Assembly: GCA_049999805.1 (NCBI GenBank) | Contig: JBNGIO010006294.1 | Span: 201,108-265,107 of the forward strand | DNA from: Folioceros fuciformis | Taxonomy: Eukaryota | Direction: 5' to 3' | Length of the DNA stretch: 64,000 nucleotides | In this document: piece by piece, positions 25,898-38,775 of the stretch | Numbering within the stretch: the stretch's first letter is position 1 | How the letters are laid out: each line of letters starts with the position of its first letter | The notes under the pieces: model-generated | Databases searched by the model: none | The model's input: only the letters and a program-made list of their open reading frames with translations | What the model was told of the DNA's origin: nothing | Translations under genes and position numbers: made by a program

Positions 25898-26530
25898 TCA
25901 GGTTGCAGCCATCGCTATCATAAACTCTTCATACTTCAGGCAACCATCATGGTCCAAGTCGAGCTCAGCAAACGCCTGGCTCGCTATGTCTCTCCTGACA
26001 AGGGGAGCATGTTTCTTCAGAGTTGACAGGAACTCCTCCAGTGTGATAGCCGCCTGACCTGGCAAGCCATGGCGAGATCAGACACACAACACGACACGTC
26101 GATGCGTCTACCACTCCACCGGCCATACCAATTCACAGCTTGCCTTTGCGGGTCACGAGGGCCTCAAATGCGCTACGGAAGTGTTCTTGAGGTTTCACAA
26201 ACTGCACTCTGTCCAGCATAAGCCTCTCAAACATGGCCAGATCCACCATCTGATCGAAGGAAGCTGCAAGGATGGCAAGCACTTCTGCCTGCACCGTCTC
26301 CGGCAAATCATGAGCACATGCCTTCTCCTGCATTGACTGAAATCCGCAGCTCGAGAGCAAGCAAAGCGCAGCTGTGGCACCTTGGATGGTTTGCGTCCGA
26401 AAAGCGAGAGCATAGCGCACTTGAGCTGGTTCTTGGACAGGCAACCGCGCTTCTCCTTGTCCCAGGTCTCAAACGTGCTCCTGATGTCGCTCTTCCGCAC
26501 ATGTGGACAAACACGCTTGTCTCCCACCAT
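25898..26530 (-). CDS. EF-hand protein resembling EFCAB11; 3 exons (26530-26381, 26288-~26144, ~26058-25898)
   Basis: Spliced product FETWDKEKRGCLSKNQLKCAMLSLFGRKPSK|AEVL...FRSAFEAL...ITLEEF...HAPLV...AFAELDLDHDGCLKYEEF parallels recalled animal EFCAB11 (LFGYKPSK..VFREVDRDSDG). Confidence 0.75.
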
Positions 26531-26609
26531 CCCTGTCAGGACCGGTGCCGCTGCTTGCCAGATGTTCGCCAGCGGCATCGTTCCAAAGGGAATTGTGCCA
26601 GACTGCCGC

Positions 26610-26645
<36 letters not shown>

Positions 26646-29223
26646 TGGCCGAGCCAAGAAACGGAGCAGGCGGTTAAGAGCCGTTAAGCCTTCAGCTGCA
26701 ACGGACAGACACGCCACCGGAGCCTCGCCTCCTCCGCCGGCAGTTATCTCCCCCTGCGCCTCGTCTTCCCTCCTCCCCTCGTCTTTTCCCTGCTCCACCT
26801 TCTCCGCTTCTTCGCCCTTGTACATATCCTCCTCTCTCCCCGCCACTGCTTCCCTGCATCGATCGCCTTCTCTGTACATTCTGTTTTTTGAGGGGCCTGT
26901 CGGAGCCAGTTGCTCCGGAAGCGCGTTTGTTTTTGCGTTTCTTTTCTTGTTGTTGGAGCTTTTTGCACATCCTCGATAGATAGATAGATAGACAGACAGA
27001 TACATACATTCTGTGTGGCTCCCGAGGACTTTGCTCCTCACACTTTTTGCTTGTTTCTTCACACTCGTTTGCTTTGCTTGCACGTGCACATACATTTGAC
27101 GACGCGTTTCAGGATTTCTTGTAGGATTGCTGTAACATAACGTTGTTACCTTTCTTTTGTGTAAACATCTTCTATGCACGATCGTCCTGAGGCCTGTCTT
27201 GTTTGTTTGCTTCCGAGGGACGATCCGGATTGTGAATAAGGATTTTGAGATTGAGAAGCTTTGTTTAGGTTCTGAGCAAGCGATCTGTGTCTGTTTTCTG
27301 GACACTTAATCTTGACCTTGCGCAGAAATCAGTTTTGCAAAGAAAAACGTAGGAGAAATGCGGAGTGTAAAATTTGTCAATAGAGATTCACGCTGTAACA
27401 TATATTAGGCGGATTTTGTTTTTTGTTTTTTGTTTTTTTCCTTTTTTTTGGTTTGGCTAGATCGACGTTCCTCCAGTTTTTCAAGACGTACTATGGCATT
27501 CGCAGGAAGCATCTTTGTTGCTTTGATCCTTCCTGACTCGGCTAAGCGATCACCACCATACCATCGGTTTAGGAATTTCGCACACCATTACGGGAATTTA
27601 GCAGCGTAGGAGAAGTTACAATAGAACCTGCTAGTCTGTATGGCTGCAGATGGACATAGGATAGCTGAATGTAGGACTGATTTGTAATGTCAACACGTCT
27701 TGGAAAGAGTTGGTGCAAATGGAGATCGGAACGGGCATGAAACCTGGACCGGGGCTCGGTTCCAGTCTGTTGTCTCGGATTCTTGATTGATGCTTTAGTG
27801 TAGCGTTGTTTGTTGCTTAATTTCTTTAGGCTTTCAAAGGTCTGACGACTCTGCATGTTCATTCAGGTCAGCCAATTGGTTGTAGGATAGATCTCCATTT
27901 GCTGCTGTAGTCTGTAGAGCTTTCTTTCGAGTAAGCTACGTCAGTGTAGACTAGAGTAGAGAGGAGAGTGGAGTAGAGTAGGAATTAGTGTGAAAATTAA
28001 GAAGGCATGAATTCTCGGCAACAGCTGCAAAGCTCATCTCCATCGACAGGATGGATTCCGGCATTGAAGTTCATGTGGCGATACTTGAGGGCCACGCCTT
28101 GGCTGTGTGACGGGGTTGTTCTAGGCACCACCGTTGCTGCCATCTCTTCCACATCCGCGCTTGCCTTTTCTTCAGCTTTGATGAGGTATCGACATCGATG
28201 GAGCAAGTGACTTGTTAGTAATCCACCTGTTGCTGTGGCCTAGAGGAAATCGCAGAGAATGGCATGAAATCTTGTTGCAGTGTCGGATTGTCCGTTGAAC
28301 GAGAGAGAGCATTACTAGTCCCGTCATGCATGCAGAGTGCACTACATTAGAGTCGGTGGAAGAGCTGTTTGAAAAGCTCCCCCGCCTCGTGTGATGTGAA
28401 CTTACGTAACTGGTGTTGTTGAAGGTTTCCGAAATTGAGCGGTGGCACGTCGATCTCAAGCGCGACTGCTTTGCGGCAGGCGGTGTTTGACACAGCCTGC
28501 CATGAATGCAACGCGTTGCGACTCTTCTCGTTAACCCCAAGGCCCTCGACCAGCAACTCAGCAGTGTTAGGTGGCCACGTCTCCACTCTGCTGGGATTCT
28601 CCACCGACACTCTCATCACCGAGACCTTCATGTCATTCCTCATTTCCTTCATCATAGTCACGTTCTCCGTTTTTCTGGTGAGGGAAATGAGATGAGGAGC
28701 TTAATCAGCCGGACTAGCGTACTCCAATGGCCAAGAGAGTCTGCGAACACAAGCTGATGATACTTCCAGGAACAGCACTTTCTGCATTCCGGACGGAACA
28801 AGATTGTAATCAGAGCATAAAATCGTGAGTGGAATGCTGTCCCTTTGCCCTCAAACCAGTCAAAATGTTTTGTCTGTGCTCGTGATCAGATTCCTTAATG
28901 GAAGTCAAGTCCTAATCATGCCAAGCTACTTTTACGTTGAAATGGAATTGACGCCTTGCATGCAGGCAGGCAGCCAAGATGGAGAAGGACGGCGTGACAC
29001 AATCGACAGAAGCAGAAGCGTGCAACATATGTACACCGCATGTGCCCTTGTGCTCGCTCCATTGGGTGAGGTGACTGGAAACACTGTAGCTGGCAGTGCA
29101 GCACAGTGTTGAAGGACTGAGTTGTGTGCGGCTTGTGTAAGGGTGTGGATGACTGACACCTTGGCAGTTGCACCTGCAGGACGGGAAATAAGATTTACAT
29201 ATAGGTTTTGGTGGAAGGAGTGA

Positions 29224-29305
29224 AGGCAAGGCAGGGCAAGGCAAGCCAAGGCAAGGCAAAGCAAGGCAAGGCAGGGCAAGGCAGGGCAAGGCAAGCCAAG
29301 GCAAA
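29224..29305. repeat. (GGCAA)n-type pentanucleotide microsatellite
   Basis: aaggcaaggcagggcaaggcaagccaaggc... Similar pentamer tracts at ~32396 (GACTC), ~32488 (GCACA), ~35063 (AGAAG) and ~35580 (GCTTG). Confidence 0.9.
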
Positions 29306-30563
29306 GCGAAACAAGGAGGCCAGCTAATAAGAGGCCCCACCTTGCGCCGGCCTGGCTGCAGCCATGGATTTGAGGAGTCCTAATTTCCATGAATAGTATA
29401 ATAGGTAGGAGTTTCAGTGAACGTGTGCAAGGAACGGTGAGGCCAAATGCAAAGTGATGGTCCGTAGGCCGGCAGGGAAGGGTGGCAGGGAGAGGGGGGG
29501 GGTCAACATGCTTGCTTGTCAATATGACAAGCTCCATGGGAATGTGGTTCCGGACTCGGGGACTGCAGTGCACCGGCCAGCACATGGCCCCGTGGGGGGT
29601 GGGGACCCACGCCTTTGGGGCAGCCTGTGATCCTCAAGAACTTTCGTCGCCCCACAACTGTCCAGGACACAAACATGTCTCGCATCTGGGCCAGGAGCGT
29701 TGCTTGCAGCTTGCCGCAACTGGGCCAGGGCCTCCAAGGCCCTCGCGGACCTCCAAGCTCCTGTCCAGTCCTGTGGAGTGCAGTGTCCAGTCTGAGTCAC
29801 CAAATGGGTGGCCCACCCGTACGGACTGGCCCCAGTGTCAAGAACCCCTGAACCTGTGAACTCCTTGTCCTCGTCGCTGTACACCACATGACATGACTAG
29901 ACACGTATTGACGGTAAATTGTTTTAGCTACAGTCCACATGTATTGAATCTCATATAATAGATCTTAACAAGTCTTTTTGTCTTGTATAACGGTACTTTT
30001 AACAATTTATTAGAGATTATATATTTATGTATCTAACTGCTAACTTGGTGTGGATAATATGCACAATATGTACAAACTAAAACTCAAACACCATAAATCA
30101 TATAGAATTCAAGTACGACAAGTGGGAAGAATCTATCTCTTATATACCCTATCATGAATTTAGGATTTAGGGTGGGGAATGATCCAAGTCTTAACAATTT
30201 GCCTAGGCTTGAAAAGAAATTGGCAATGGATTTCTTGAAGGAAGAATGAACAGTGGTAATAGTTACTACATACATATGCAGTGTGACCGAGACAAGTTTG
30301 ACAAATCTTTTTGTCTGAACTTACCTACCGTGCACGATGAAGTCCTTTTGACTTTGAGAAGGCCATTTTCCTGTACAGTTGTGTGCAACCAATTAGAATT
30401 GTTGGGTTGGGTTGTCCAGATCCAAATTGGCCACCATGTTTCTTTTCGTTTTGTACAACTTCGTATGCATTTGGCATAATATCGTTGAGTTGTCACTTTG
30501 GGTTGTCGAACCGACAACCCGACAATATTATTCCAAATGCATTTGTAATAATATCTGGTCGAG

Positions 30564-30752
30564 TCATGTCATGGGTCACGTCTTGTTATGTAACGTCATG
30601 TCATGGGTCATGTCAGGTGACGTTGAGTCCTAACAAATGTCATGGATCATGTCGGGTCAGGTGGAGTCCTAATAAATGTCATGGGTCATGTCAGGTCATG
30701 TGGAGTCCTAACAAATATCATGGGTCATGTTAGGTCAGGTTGATTCCTAACA
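30564..30752. repeat. ~40-bp degenerate tandem repeat, about 4 copies, in an AT-rich TE-like block
   Basis: Repeated tgtcatgggtcatgtcaggtcaggtggagtcctaacaaa. Confidence 0.85.
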
Positions 30753-31316
30753 TCTTGTCGGGACTAAACCTGATTGAACATAACATGACTTGATGCGATT
30801 CGTATGTACAATGTACCATCATTCCTTTAGATATGGGTGACAATGACTTAACTAAATGTGGCGCAGTCTAGTCTCCTGTAGTGGAATCTTAATGTGATAA
30901 AGTCATGGTGACATATGTTATGTATGTACATGTAATGGATTTGTATGTTCCTTTATGGATGTACAACCAAATGTGGTGTTGTTTCGAAGAATGTCTGGGT
31001 TGGGTTGTGAGGACGTTGTGTACTTTTCTTTATGTATGGAGAGTCATATGTACTTTGTTGTATGCTGTTGTGTAGTTGTCGTTGTCGTTGTCCACGTAAC
31101 TATGGTTTACATATTTCTAACCACCCAATATGTATGATAGCTTTGTATGCATATATTGACATACATAGGTGGTTTGTAATCATCGTTTGTGGGGCTCGCA
31201 AGAAGCTTGAACATAGTACAAAACACTTACAAGTCACTAACATACACTATCTCTTGGTTACATACAATATTTGGAAGCCTTGATTTGAACAATGTAGAAA
31301 TGGAGACCACATACCC

Positions 31317-31940
31317 AGACTAAGGTGACCGTAAGCATGAACTTTGAAGACTAAGGTGACCGTAAGCATGAACTTTGAACTTTGAGAGCTGTACCATAGA
31401 GTAAAAGTTGGTAGAGAGTTTGGGACCTATCACCAATCCTTTTGGGACCTATCCTTTTGAAAGATCACCAATCCTTTTGAAAGATCACCAATCCTTTTGA
31501 AAGATCACCACCATGGCTTAGGTCCTATCACCACCATGGCTTAGGTCCTTATCACCACCATGGCTTAGGTCCTGGGCTCTCTCTTAGGTGCTGGCCATGG
31601 CTTTTTGGCTGGCCATGGCTTTTTCGTTGGCCATGGCTTTTTGGTTTTTGGCTGGCCATGGCTTTTTGGCTCTCTCTTAGGTCCGAGGGCTCTCTCTTAG
31701 GTCCGAGGGCTCTCTCTTAGGTCCGAGGGCTCTTTCTTAGGTCCGAGGGCTCTCTCTTAGGTCCGAGGGCTCTCTCTTAGGTCCTGGCCATGGCTTTTTG
31801 GCTCTCTCTTAGGTCCTGGCCATNNNNNNNNNNTTAGGTCCTGGCCATGGCTTTTTGGCTCTCTCTTAGGTCCTGGCCATAGGTCCTGGCCATGGCTTTT
31901 TGGCTCTCCCTTAGGTCCCAGGGCTCTCTCTTAGGTCCTG
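31317..31940. repeat. Compound minisatellite of 30-, 21- and 20-bp units, containing an N gap
   Basis: agactaaggtgaccgtaagcatgaactttg x2, atccttttgaaagatcacca x3, atcaccaccatggcttaggtcct x3, ggctctctcttaggtccgag x6, and repeated ggccatggcttttt. Confidence 0.92.
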
Positions 31941-34900
31941 GCCCGGGAGTCCAACTAGGGAGAGTAGTGGGGTCATGGCCATAGCCTTGTAACATCTGAA
32001 CAAGGGCCTAATAGAGTACTCGTAATTTTTTGGGCCTAATAGAGTACTGGTAATTTTTTGAGAAAGAGTGTGTGATGGCTGGGTGCCTGGGTGGGTGGGT
32101 GGGCAGAGCGAGCGAGAGCTGGAGCTGGAGCTGGAGCTGTAAAAGAGTCGAGCTGGCCAGCGAAAAAGCATGTGAGAGAGCGATGTGAGTAGACTACATA
32201 ATGTACGTGAGTTGGCAGGGGGCGGTTGCGGGTTGTCGACGGGTCGCTTTAGACACGCACAGACACAAACAACCGGACAGAGTGGGGTGGGCTTCGGTGG
32301 GTAAGGCGAGGTCCGGTGGGGACCCTCCTTCTGCTCGGCGTGCTGTGAAATGGACGTCGTCCAGTGGCATTTATGGATGCCACTGTTGGGGATAAGACTC
32401 GACTCGACTCGACTCGACTCGATTGGAGTAGAGTCGGACTCCACTCGCAAACGCTGGCACCTCGGCATGCATCAATGTAGACTAGTAGCACAGCACAGCA
32501 CAGCACAGCGGACAGCCGAGCAAAGGAGAGTAGAGCAGAGAGAGGTACGCTGGGACATTGTCCCATCTGCACACAGGGCTGCGATGTGCTGTGCCGTGCT
32601 GGGCTTGTGCTGTGTGCTCTTCGTCTACCTCCACTTCCACTGCTGCTGCTGGCTCGGCCAGTCGACAGTCGGGGTGAGTCGTGGCCAGCCCCCGGGGCTC
32701 TGTTGCACCTGGCTTCCGTGTGTCCTCTTCAGTGTGCGTTTGCTTTGCTCTGGTTTGCTGTGCCAGGAGTAAGAGACTGGACAATCCGGACAACGCAAAG
32801 CAAGGCAACGCAACGTAACGCAACGGGGGAGGGGGGCTGGGGCCCAGATCTTCCAGGGTGTGGGGAGAGAGAGGAAATTAACGGGGGTAGCTCAGTGGAC
32901 CGGACTGTCTGCTCACAGACATGGACATGGACATGGACAAAGACCTCTCGTCTCGTCTCCTCTCTCGCTTGTCTGTCAAACCACAACCCTCCCATATGCA
33001 CGTCATATCCTTTCCTTCCCTTTGGCTCTTCGCCTTTTTTTTTTCCCCCTTTGGACACAGGCTTCTTTTTCCGCCAAGCCAACGCCACGCAACGCCGGTC
33101 TGGTCTGGTGTCTCGATGATCTGGTAACAGGATATCTTCATCTCTATCCAGCCAGGGGCCAGGGGCCGGGGGCCAGGACTCCAGGAGCCAGGCTCCCAGA
33201 CCTCCCCTCCGCCTCCCGCAACCTCTGGCGCTACTCCATGATTGCTGGGCTCCAGGCTCCACCATTGGCCCACAAATATTACCAAGGCATCCAGGCAACC
33301 ACGTGAAGCCGTGTGTCAGTCACGTATGGCCTGGTCCCACACATGGGATTCCTCCCTCCGCTTTACCGCAAGGGAAGGCTGGCCTCTGCGGGAAGACAGA
33401 CAAGCCAGACGACGCGGACAGGACGGGAATTTCCCTCTCTTCCCCAACCAAACCCTTTCTTTCTTTGCAAAGCCCAGCCCCAGTCCCCAGTCGCCAGCGC
33501 CATTCTCTCTCTCTCCGCTTCCTCTTCCTTGTCCCTCTTTTCCTTGGTATGCACGAGCTCCCAGAAGGCGTCCAGGAAGAGAAGAGAAGGGAAGGGAAGG
33601 CAAGGCAAGGATAGGGAGTAGAGTCTGCCCGCTCCCCATATGTACTGTACTATACTGTACTTGTACCTCACACAGACCTTTCTCTCCTCCTTCCGCCAAA
33701 CCAGGAGCAGGAGGCAGAGGCAGGGGCAGGAGCCGGAGCCGGAGCCGGACCCTCCGCAGTAAAATCGGGCGCAGGCTCCCAGGTGCTTTGTCTAGCAGAG
33801 GCTCCCCTCAGGGGAGCCTCTGCTAGCCTCTGCCTCCCCTCCTCTTTTCCCTACCCAGTTGTCGTGTACTTGGCGGCCCCTAGCTTTCGAGGGTTCTCGT
33901 CTCCCTCCCTTCACTGACCACCCCTCGCACGAGCAGGGGGCAGGAGGCAGGGGCAGTGCAGGGCAGGGCCAACCAACCCCTGGGTTTGTTTCTGCAACCC
34001 CAGACCTTGTCCCCGTCCCGTCTCCGTCGCGGTCCCGAAAAGGGAGAGAGACGGGGACACCTCATCTATGCCCACTGTTGAGCTTACTACGCCAATACTG
34101 TGACCGTGGGCGCAGCAGATAAACAATCTCGGGATCTCGCCTGCCATTCGTCCCGCGACTCCCGCACCGTGCGTTTCGGAAGATTCGAGCCCGGGTCGGC
34201 ACAGACGCAGTCCCAAAACTCTACCATGCGGCTGCCGCAATCTTCATCCCAAAACTGTATCCAAATACGCAATATACCCGGCGTTAAGCCCAACTGTGTG
34301 GATCGACTCTCCTAGCATCAAATCTGCGCAAGCATCTTCCCTTCCCCTTTGCCTTTGCCGTTGCGGCCGCAAACAAACCCGGGTGGCACGTACTGGACAC
34401 AGACCCTCTAATCCCGGACTCATCACCTTCCATTCCCTACCCTTCTTCTTTTATTCATTCTTAACTTACCAAAGTGCTGGCGCTGCCGCCTTCCTGGTCT
34501 GGTGCGCTAACTTGCCGTCGGGGCTTCACGCCCTCTAGAGGCCTTCTATGCGGGTAACCGGTCACCGGTTCAGAGGGGACGTAGGATTCCCCTCACCTCA
34601 TCGAGGTTAAACATTTAGCCATGGTCGGACGGGCGGACGGACGGACGGGCTGCTAATCCGTGTTTGGTGCCTCCCATACTTGAAGCAACAAGGAAAGGGA
34701 AGCGTGTGTGTGTGGCGACGCTAGAGCACCGGCCCCCCCCAGCGCGCTGCCCTCCTCCTCCCATTTCTCGCTTGCCGCTCTCGTCCTTGCAGCTTACCGC
34801 ACTCGGCACACCAGCCCGGCTCCCACAAATTCTGCGCTTCTGCATACATACCTAGTCTCGCTTCTCACTCCCCTGTATTAAAGCCTTTCCTGCTGTGCTC

Positions 34901-36568
34901 GCAAACGCGGTGTCGGGCAGGTGCGGAGCTGCGGATCCCCACTCCGGAATTAGAGCTTGCTTGCAATTCTGCTTTTTCCTTTCTGCGCTTGCCTTGCTCT
35001 CTCGTGGACGCGGCTGCTGAGGCGCCGACATTGTCTTGCACCGACCAAGCGTGGTGCCTCTCAGAAGAGAAGAGAAGAGAAGAGAAGAGAAGAGAGGAGA
35101 GGGGGCAACTTTTGCAAAGGTTGCGACGAGGTGTCGGGATACCGCTGCCACTGCTCCTGCTCCTGCTGGGTTGATGATTTTTTTCCTTGTTGCCAACGGC
35201 GGTGGAATTGACTGTCTGGAATTGCTGCTGTGCTTTCCTGTTTCATCCACTCCGGACCAGCGTCCCCTGAGCTCTGTTTTTTTTTCCCCGCTTCTTAGAT
35301 CTCTGCTGCCGAGGAGAGTCCCGACTCCGAACCCGCTGCTCCTCTCTGCTTTGAAAGGCGTCGGCTTTTCATTGGTATGGCAGCGGCCCTTGCTGCCTTC
35401 CACCCCAGTATCAGAGGCTATAAGATGCGGAGCACTCTCGAATGCAAACAGATGTTGAGGGAGTTCCTGCTCCGGCCGCGAGTCTGGTGGTAGCCGTCAC
35501 GTCGACCTTCATCCAGCTGCGTACCTGCTCAGGCTCACTCTGGTATGTTTTTTCTTCCGACTCTGCGGCCCGACTTCCTTGCTTGGCTTGGCTTGGCTTG
35601 GCTGTCTTCGCCAGCTACTTGTGGTCTGTGTTCCAGCCGCCTCTTAATTAACTACTGTCACCTCTCTTCCAACATCTTGAGCGTTGCGCTTAGATGAAAC
35701 GAATGGTACGGGTTCGTCGCCTTGCATATCCATGTACATGAACAGCCCCTCTGTAGCGATCAGGTCTTCACAAGTCTGTCTGTCAGGCTCGGCTCAATGG
35801 TTTGCCGTTGCAGTGCTTTCTTCCTTCTCCCACCAGAAGAGGAGGAGAGTGATCCCGTCAATGTAAGTAAAAGCTCAATTGAAAGCAGCTTAGATGGCGA
35901 CGTCGCTTGCTGACCCAAGCTCGCTTCTCCATGTTCCAAGGTAGGATTTGGTCCTCTTTCCACCACTGTCTGTCGTACTGCTGCCGTCTGCTTAGCTACC
36001 TTAGCTACCTTGGATGGTCACTGTCAAATGGTGGCCAAGATCTCCCTTTCCCTTCTACTGTACTACTACTCCACTTGTGTAAGCTCTCACCACTTTGCTA
36101 AGTCCTACTCCGGCAATACTTCGGAGCAGTCGGTTGAATTGGCATGCCCCTCCTCTGTCTTGCCTCTTCTAGTCACCCATGAGGTATCCCCAAAATTTTT
36201 CATTTGCGCCTAACCAGCTGTTCAAGCGTACTGGTCGCAGCCATAGGCCACAATTTTCATGTGTCATGCCCTCATTGTGATTCTGAGGCTGAGGCTGAGG
36301 CTGCCTTACACTTTTTCTTGAAGGGCTGACCCCCTTGTATGAATTTCCATTCGTCTCCAGCTCTCCAGTCTAATAGCGATCATGTGTGCAGTGACGACTC
36401 ACCTGGTTTTGGGAAGCTGTCTAGATCTGTCTGGAAGTGGTTTGTTTCTCTAGAAAGTGATGCCGTGGCTACCTGCAGAGAGCTGTGGAAGACGTCTGCG
36501 CTCAATTTATCACAGGACCTCAATTTATCAAAGGGCCGGTACCGGCACTCACTCCGGAGCTTCATCAC

Positions 36569-36991
36569 ATGGCTGTGAAAACGAACTATGAGATGAGGTC
36601 TCATTCCTTTCCTAGCAGGTCGAGCGCTGCCATTCCTCCTCCTGCCGCCAGGACCAGGAGCATGACCGGCATCCCTTCTGCGGGACAGACTGCCTCCTAC
36701 ACTTCACTGCGGGATCTCATGCCATCTGCGGCTCTCTATTCCTGCTACAGCCGCAGGGAGCCTGAGCTATTGGATCTGAAGCAGCTCCGTTTGCGAGACC
36801 GCTTGGTCGAGCACGCAGTCAGAGCTTATCTTAATCCGCAGTTGCAGCCAAGGACTCGGCCACGCACTTCTCGAGGCTTCTGCAGCTTTCTGAGAATGAT
36901 TACGGTGCCTTTGCAGACAACTCACAACCTGCTTCAGACCTTTTTCCACGAGGCAGGGGTCTGGTTCCGCAGGATGTATGTCTCCATCTGA
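36569..36991 (+). CDS. Conserved uncharacterised small plant protein (YTSL.D...LV..A..AYL.P family)
   Basis: SYTSLRDLMP and LRDRLVEHAVRAYLNP match motifs recalled from a land-plant family of unknown function (YTSLKDIL...IRNRLVKQAAWAYLQP). Confidence 0.7.
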   Translation: MAVKTNYEMRSHSFPSRSSAAIPPPAARTRSMTGIPSAGQTASYTSLRDLMPSAALYSCYSRREPELLDLKQLRLRDRLVEHAVRAYLNPQLQPRTRPRTSRGFCSFLRMITVPLQTTHNLLQTFFHEAGVWFRRMYVSI

Positions 36992-38775
36992 CGACGACCC
37001 TGCACGCAATTGCGGGCGTCCTCAAGTGCAGTGCAGGGCAGCCGACTCTTAATTTCCAGCACGGAATCGACTGAAGATTATTTGGAGCCAATGGTGGTTC
37101 AAGGCGAGGCTGCATCAATTCCGGTTCTCCTATGTGGACGGCGGGTTCCGGCAGCCCCCTTCTATTCGAGTTACTCAGAGACTAGAAATCTAGAGTTTAG
37201 ATATCTCCAGGTCTTCAAAGCTCCGTTAACCCGTGTTTTCTGGGATCTGCATTTTGTAGGGAAGGACTTGGATGTAGCTTCCAAGCATACAGTGACCACT
37301 GCAGGTTAGTTAGTTTTGAGGTTTTGTAGTCCAAGTGATCGTGACTGTCTGAGTGTGGTTACCTCGCAAAGGGGACCTGTCTATTTGGCATGGGAACCTG
37401 GTGACGTGCTGAAGGCTTGCGAACACCTGGCACAGCCTGCTCCTTAGGCAGCCCCAGATAGCCGGCTTTCGATTCTGGTAATAAGTTATGTCGAACCTGC
37501 CTGCATATTGGAAAACTACTTATACTTACTTTTGTCGTGTTTTTTAAAGCGCTGGCTCGGATGGAGGTGTATTGCTTCTGACCGCCTCTCGATAAGGAAC
37601 ACGAGAATTCTACGACACGAGACCGGTCTCCGGAGTGCCGCGGCCTTGACATTGTTGCCGCATGTACTGCTTTGCCCGTTTCTAATTGACGGAAGGCGTC
37701 CACCAGAACCGAGGAGGGGAAGGGTGTGATCTGTGGAAGCAGGATGCCGGTCCGTTGGAAATGACCATGAATCTGCTGGCAGGGGGAAGGCCGGGGACTA
37801 GTGTTCCAGTTAGAGCCTTCAGTTCTACTCTTCACTCTCTTGGCTCGTTCGGACACCTAGATGCGGAGAACTCTAGAATGCACTCAGGTGTTGAGGAGTT
37901 CCTGGTCCATCCACGCGTCTGGAGGAAGGTCTGACATGGATTTTCATCCAGGTGCGTACTTGACGGAGCAGACTGTGATACGCTCCTTCTTGTTTCAAAT
38001 CTAGATCTGCGGCTCGACTTCCTTTCTTGGCTGTCCATGTTTTGCCTTCATGAGCTAGTTGTGTTCAGTGCCCCGGCCTTCGTGCCTGGACCTGGCTCTG
38101 GCACTGAAGAAGTATGGCTACCTGCATCTCGCGCAAGAACGTTGCGCTGTGAGAGAGGCGCAAGCTTCGAGACATCAGATTAGTCTCAGAGGCAAGCCGC
38201 GATGAGAGACCGCCACATTCTTCTTGCGCAGCGAAGGTTCACATATTTCACGTCCAGGCACAGGATCCTGTTCGGGTGTTGTCCAAATCATTGGTGCTCC
38301 CTCTACTACAGTGCCGCGGCAACATGGACACCCCCTGTTGTCCTGGAGCTACCAATAAACCAACAGGACTTCTCTTTTTCAGAAACTGACTACACGATAA
38401 TTACGGCGTCATTTAATTACAATGGCTACAAGTTTTCACGGCCAACAGTTGCCCACGTTCATTTTCAATGCTAGAGGGATCGAGACAACTTCACAAAAAC
38501 AGAGGGACAACGGCAACCCTAGCTGCAAAAATTTGGTGATGGTCACTACTGCGGAGTTGATTGCCGCTCTGACCACTAACATTCTCAACAAGCCTCCCAC
38601 CACCTGAGATATAAGGCAATATGAAACCAGTGTCAAACAGCTGGAACTATGACGAGAGAAGAGCAACAAACGAAGCAACCAGTCACTCCGTACCATCGGT
38701 TGCCACAATTGCTGCAGATGGTAGTCCCGGTGTTCGCCATTTCCCGCACTACCAGCACAACAGCTCCAGCGAACG

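Noticed and set aside
26469-27305. 278-aa minus-strand ORF with poly-Lys
   Set aside because: Produced by a poly-T tract and low-complexity upstream sequence.
27997-28760. Short ORFs on both strands
   Set aside because: No recognisable motifs or consistent exon structure.
32249-35458. Many 100-190-aa ORFs
   Set aside because: Translations of GC-rich microsatellite-containing DNA with no homology cues.
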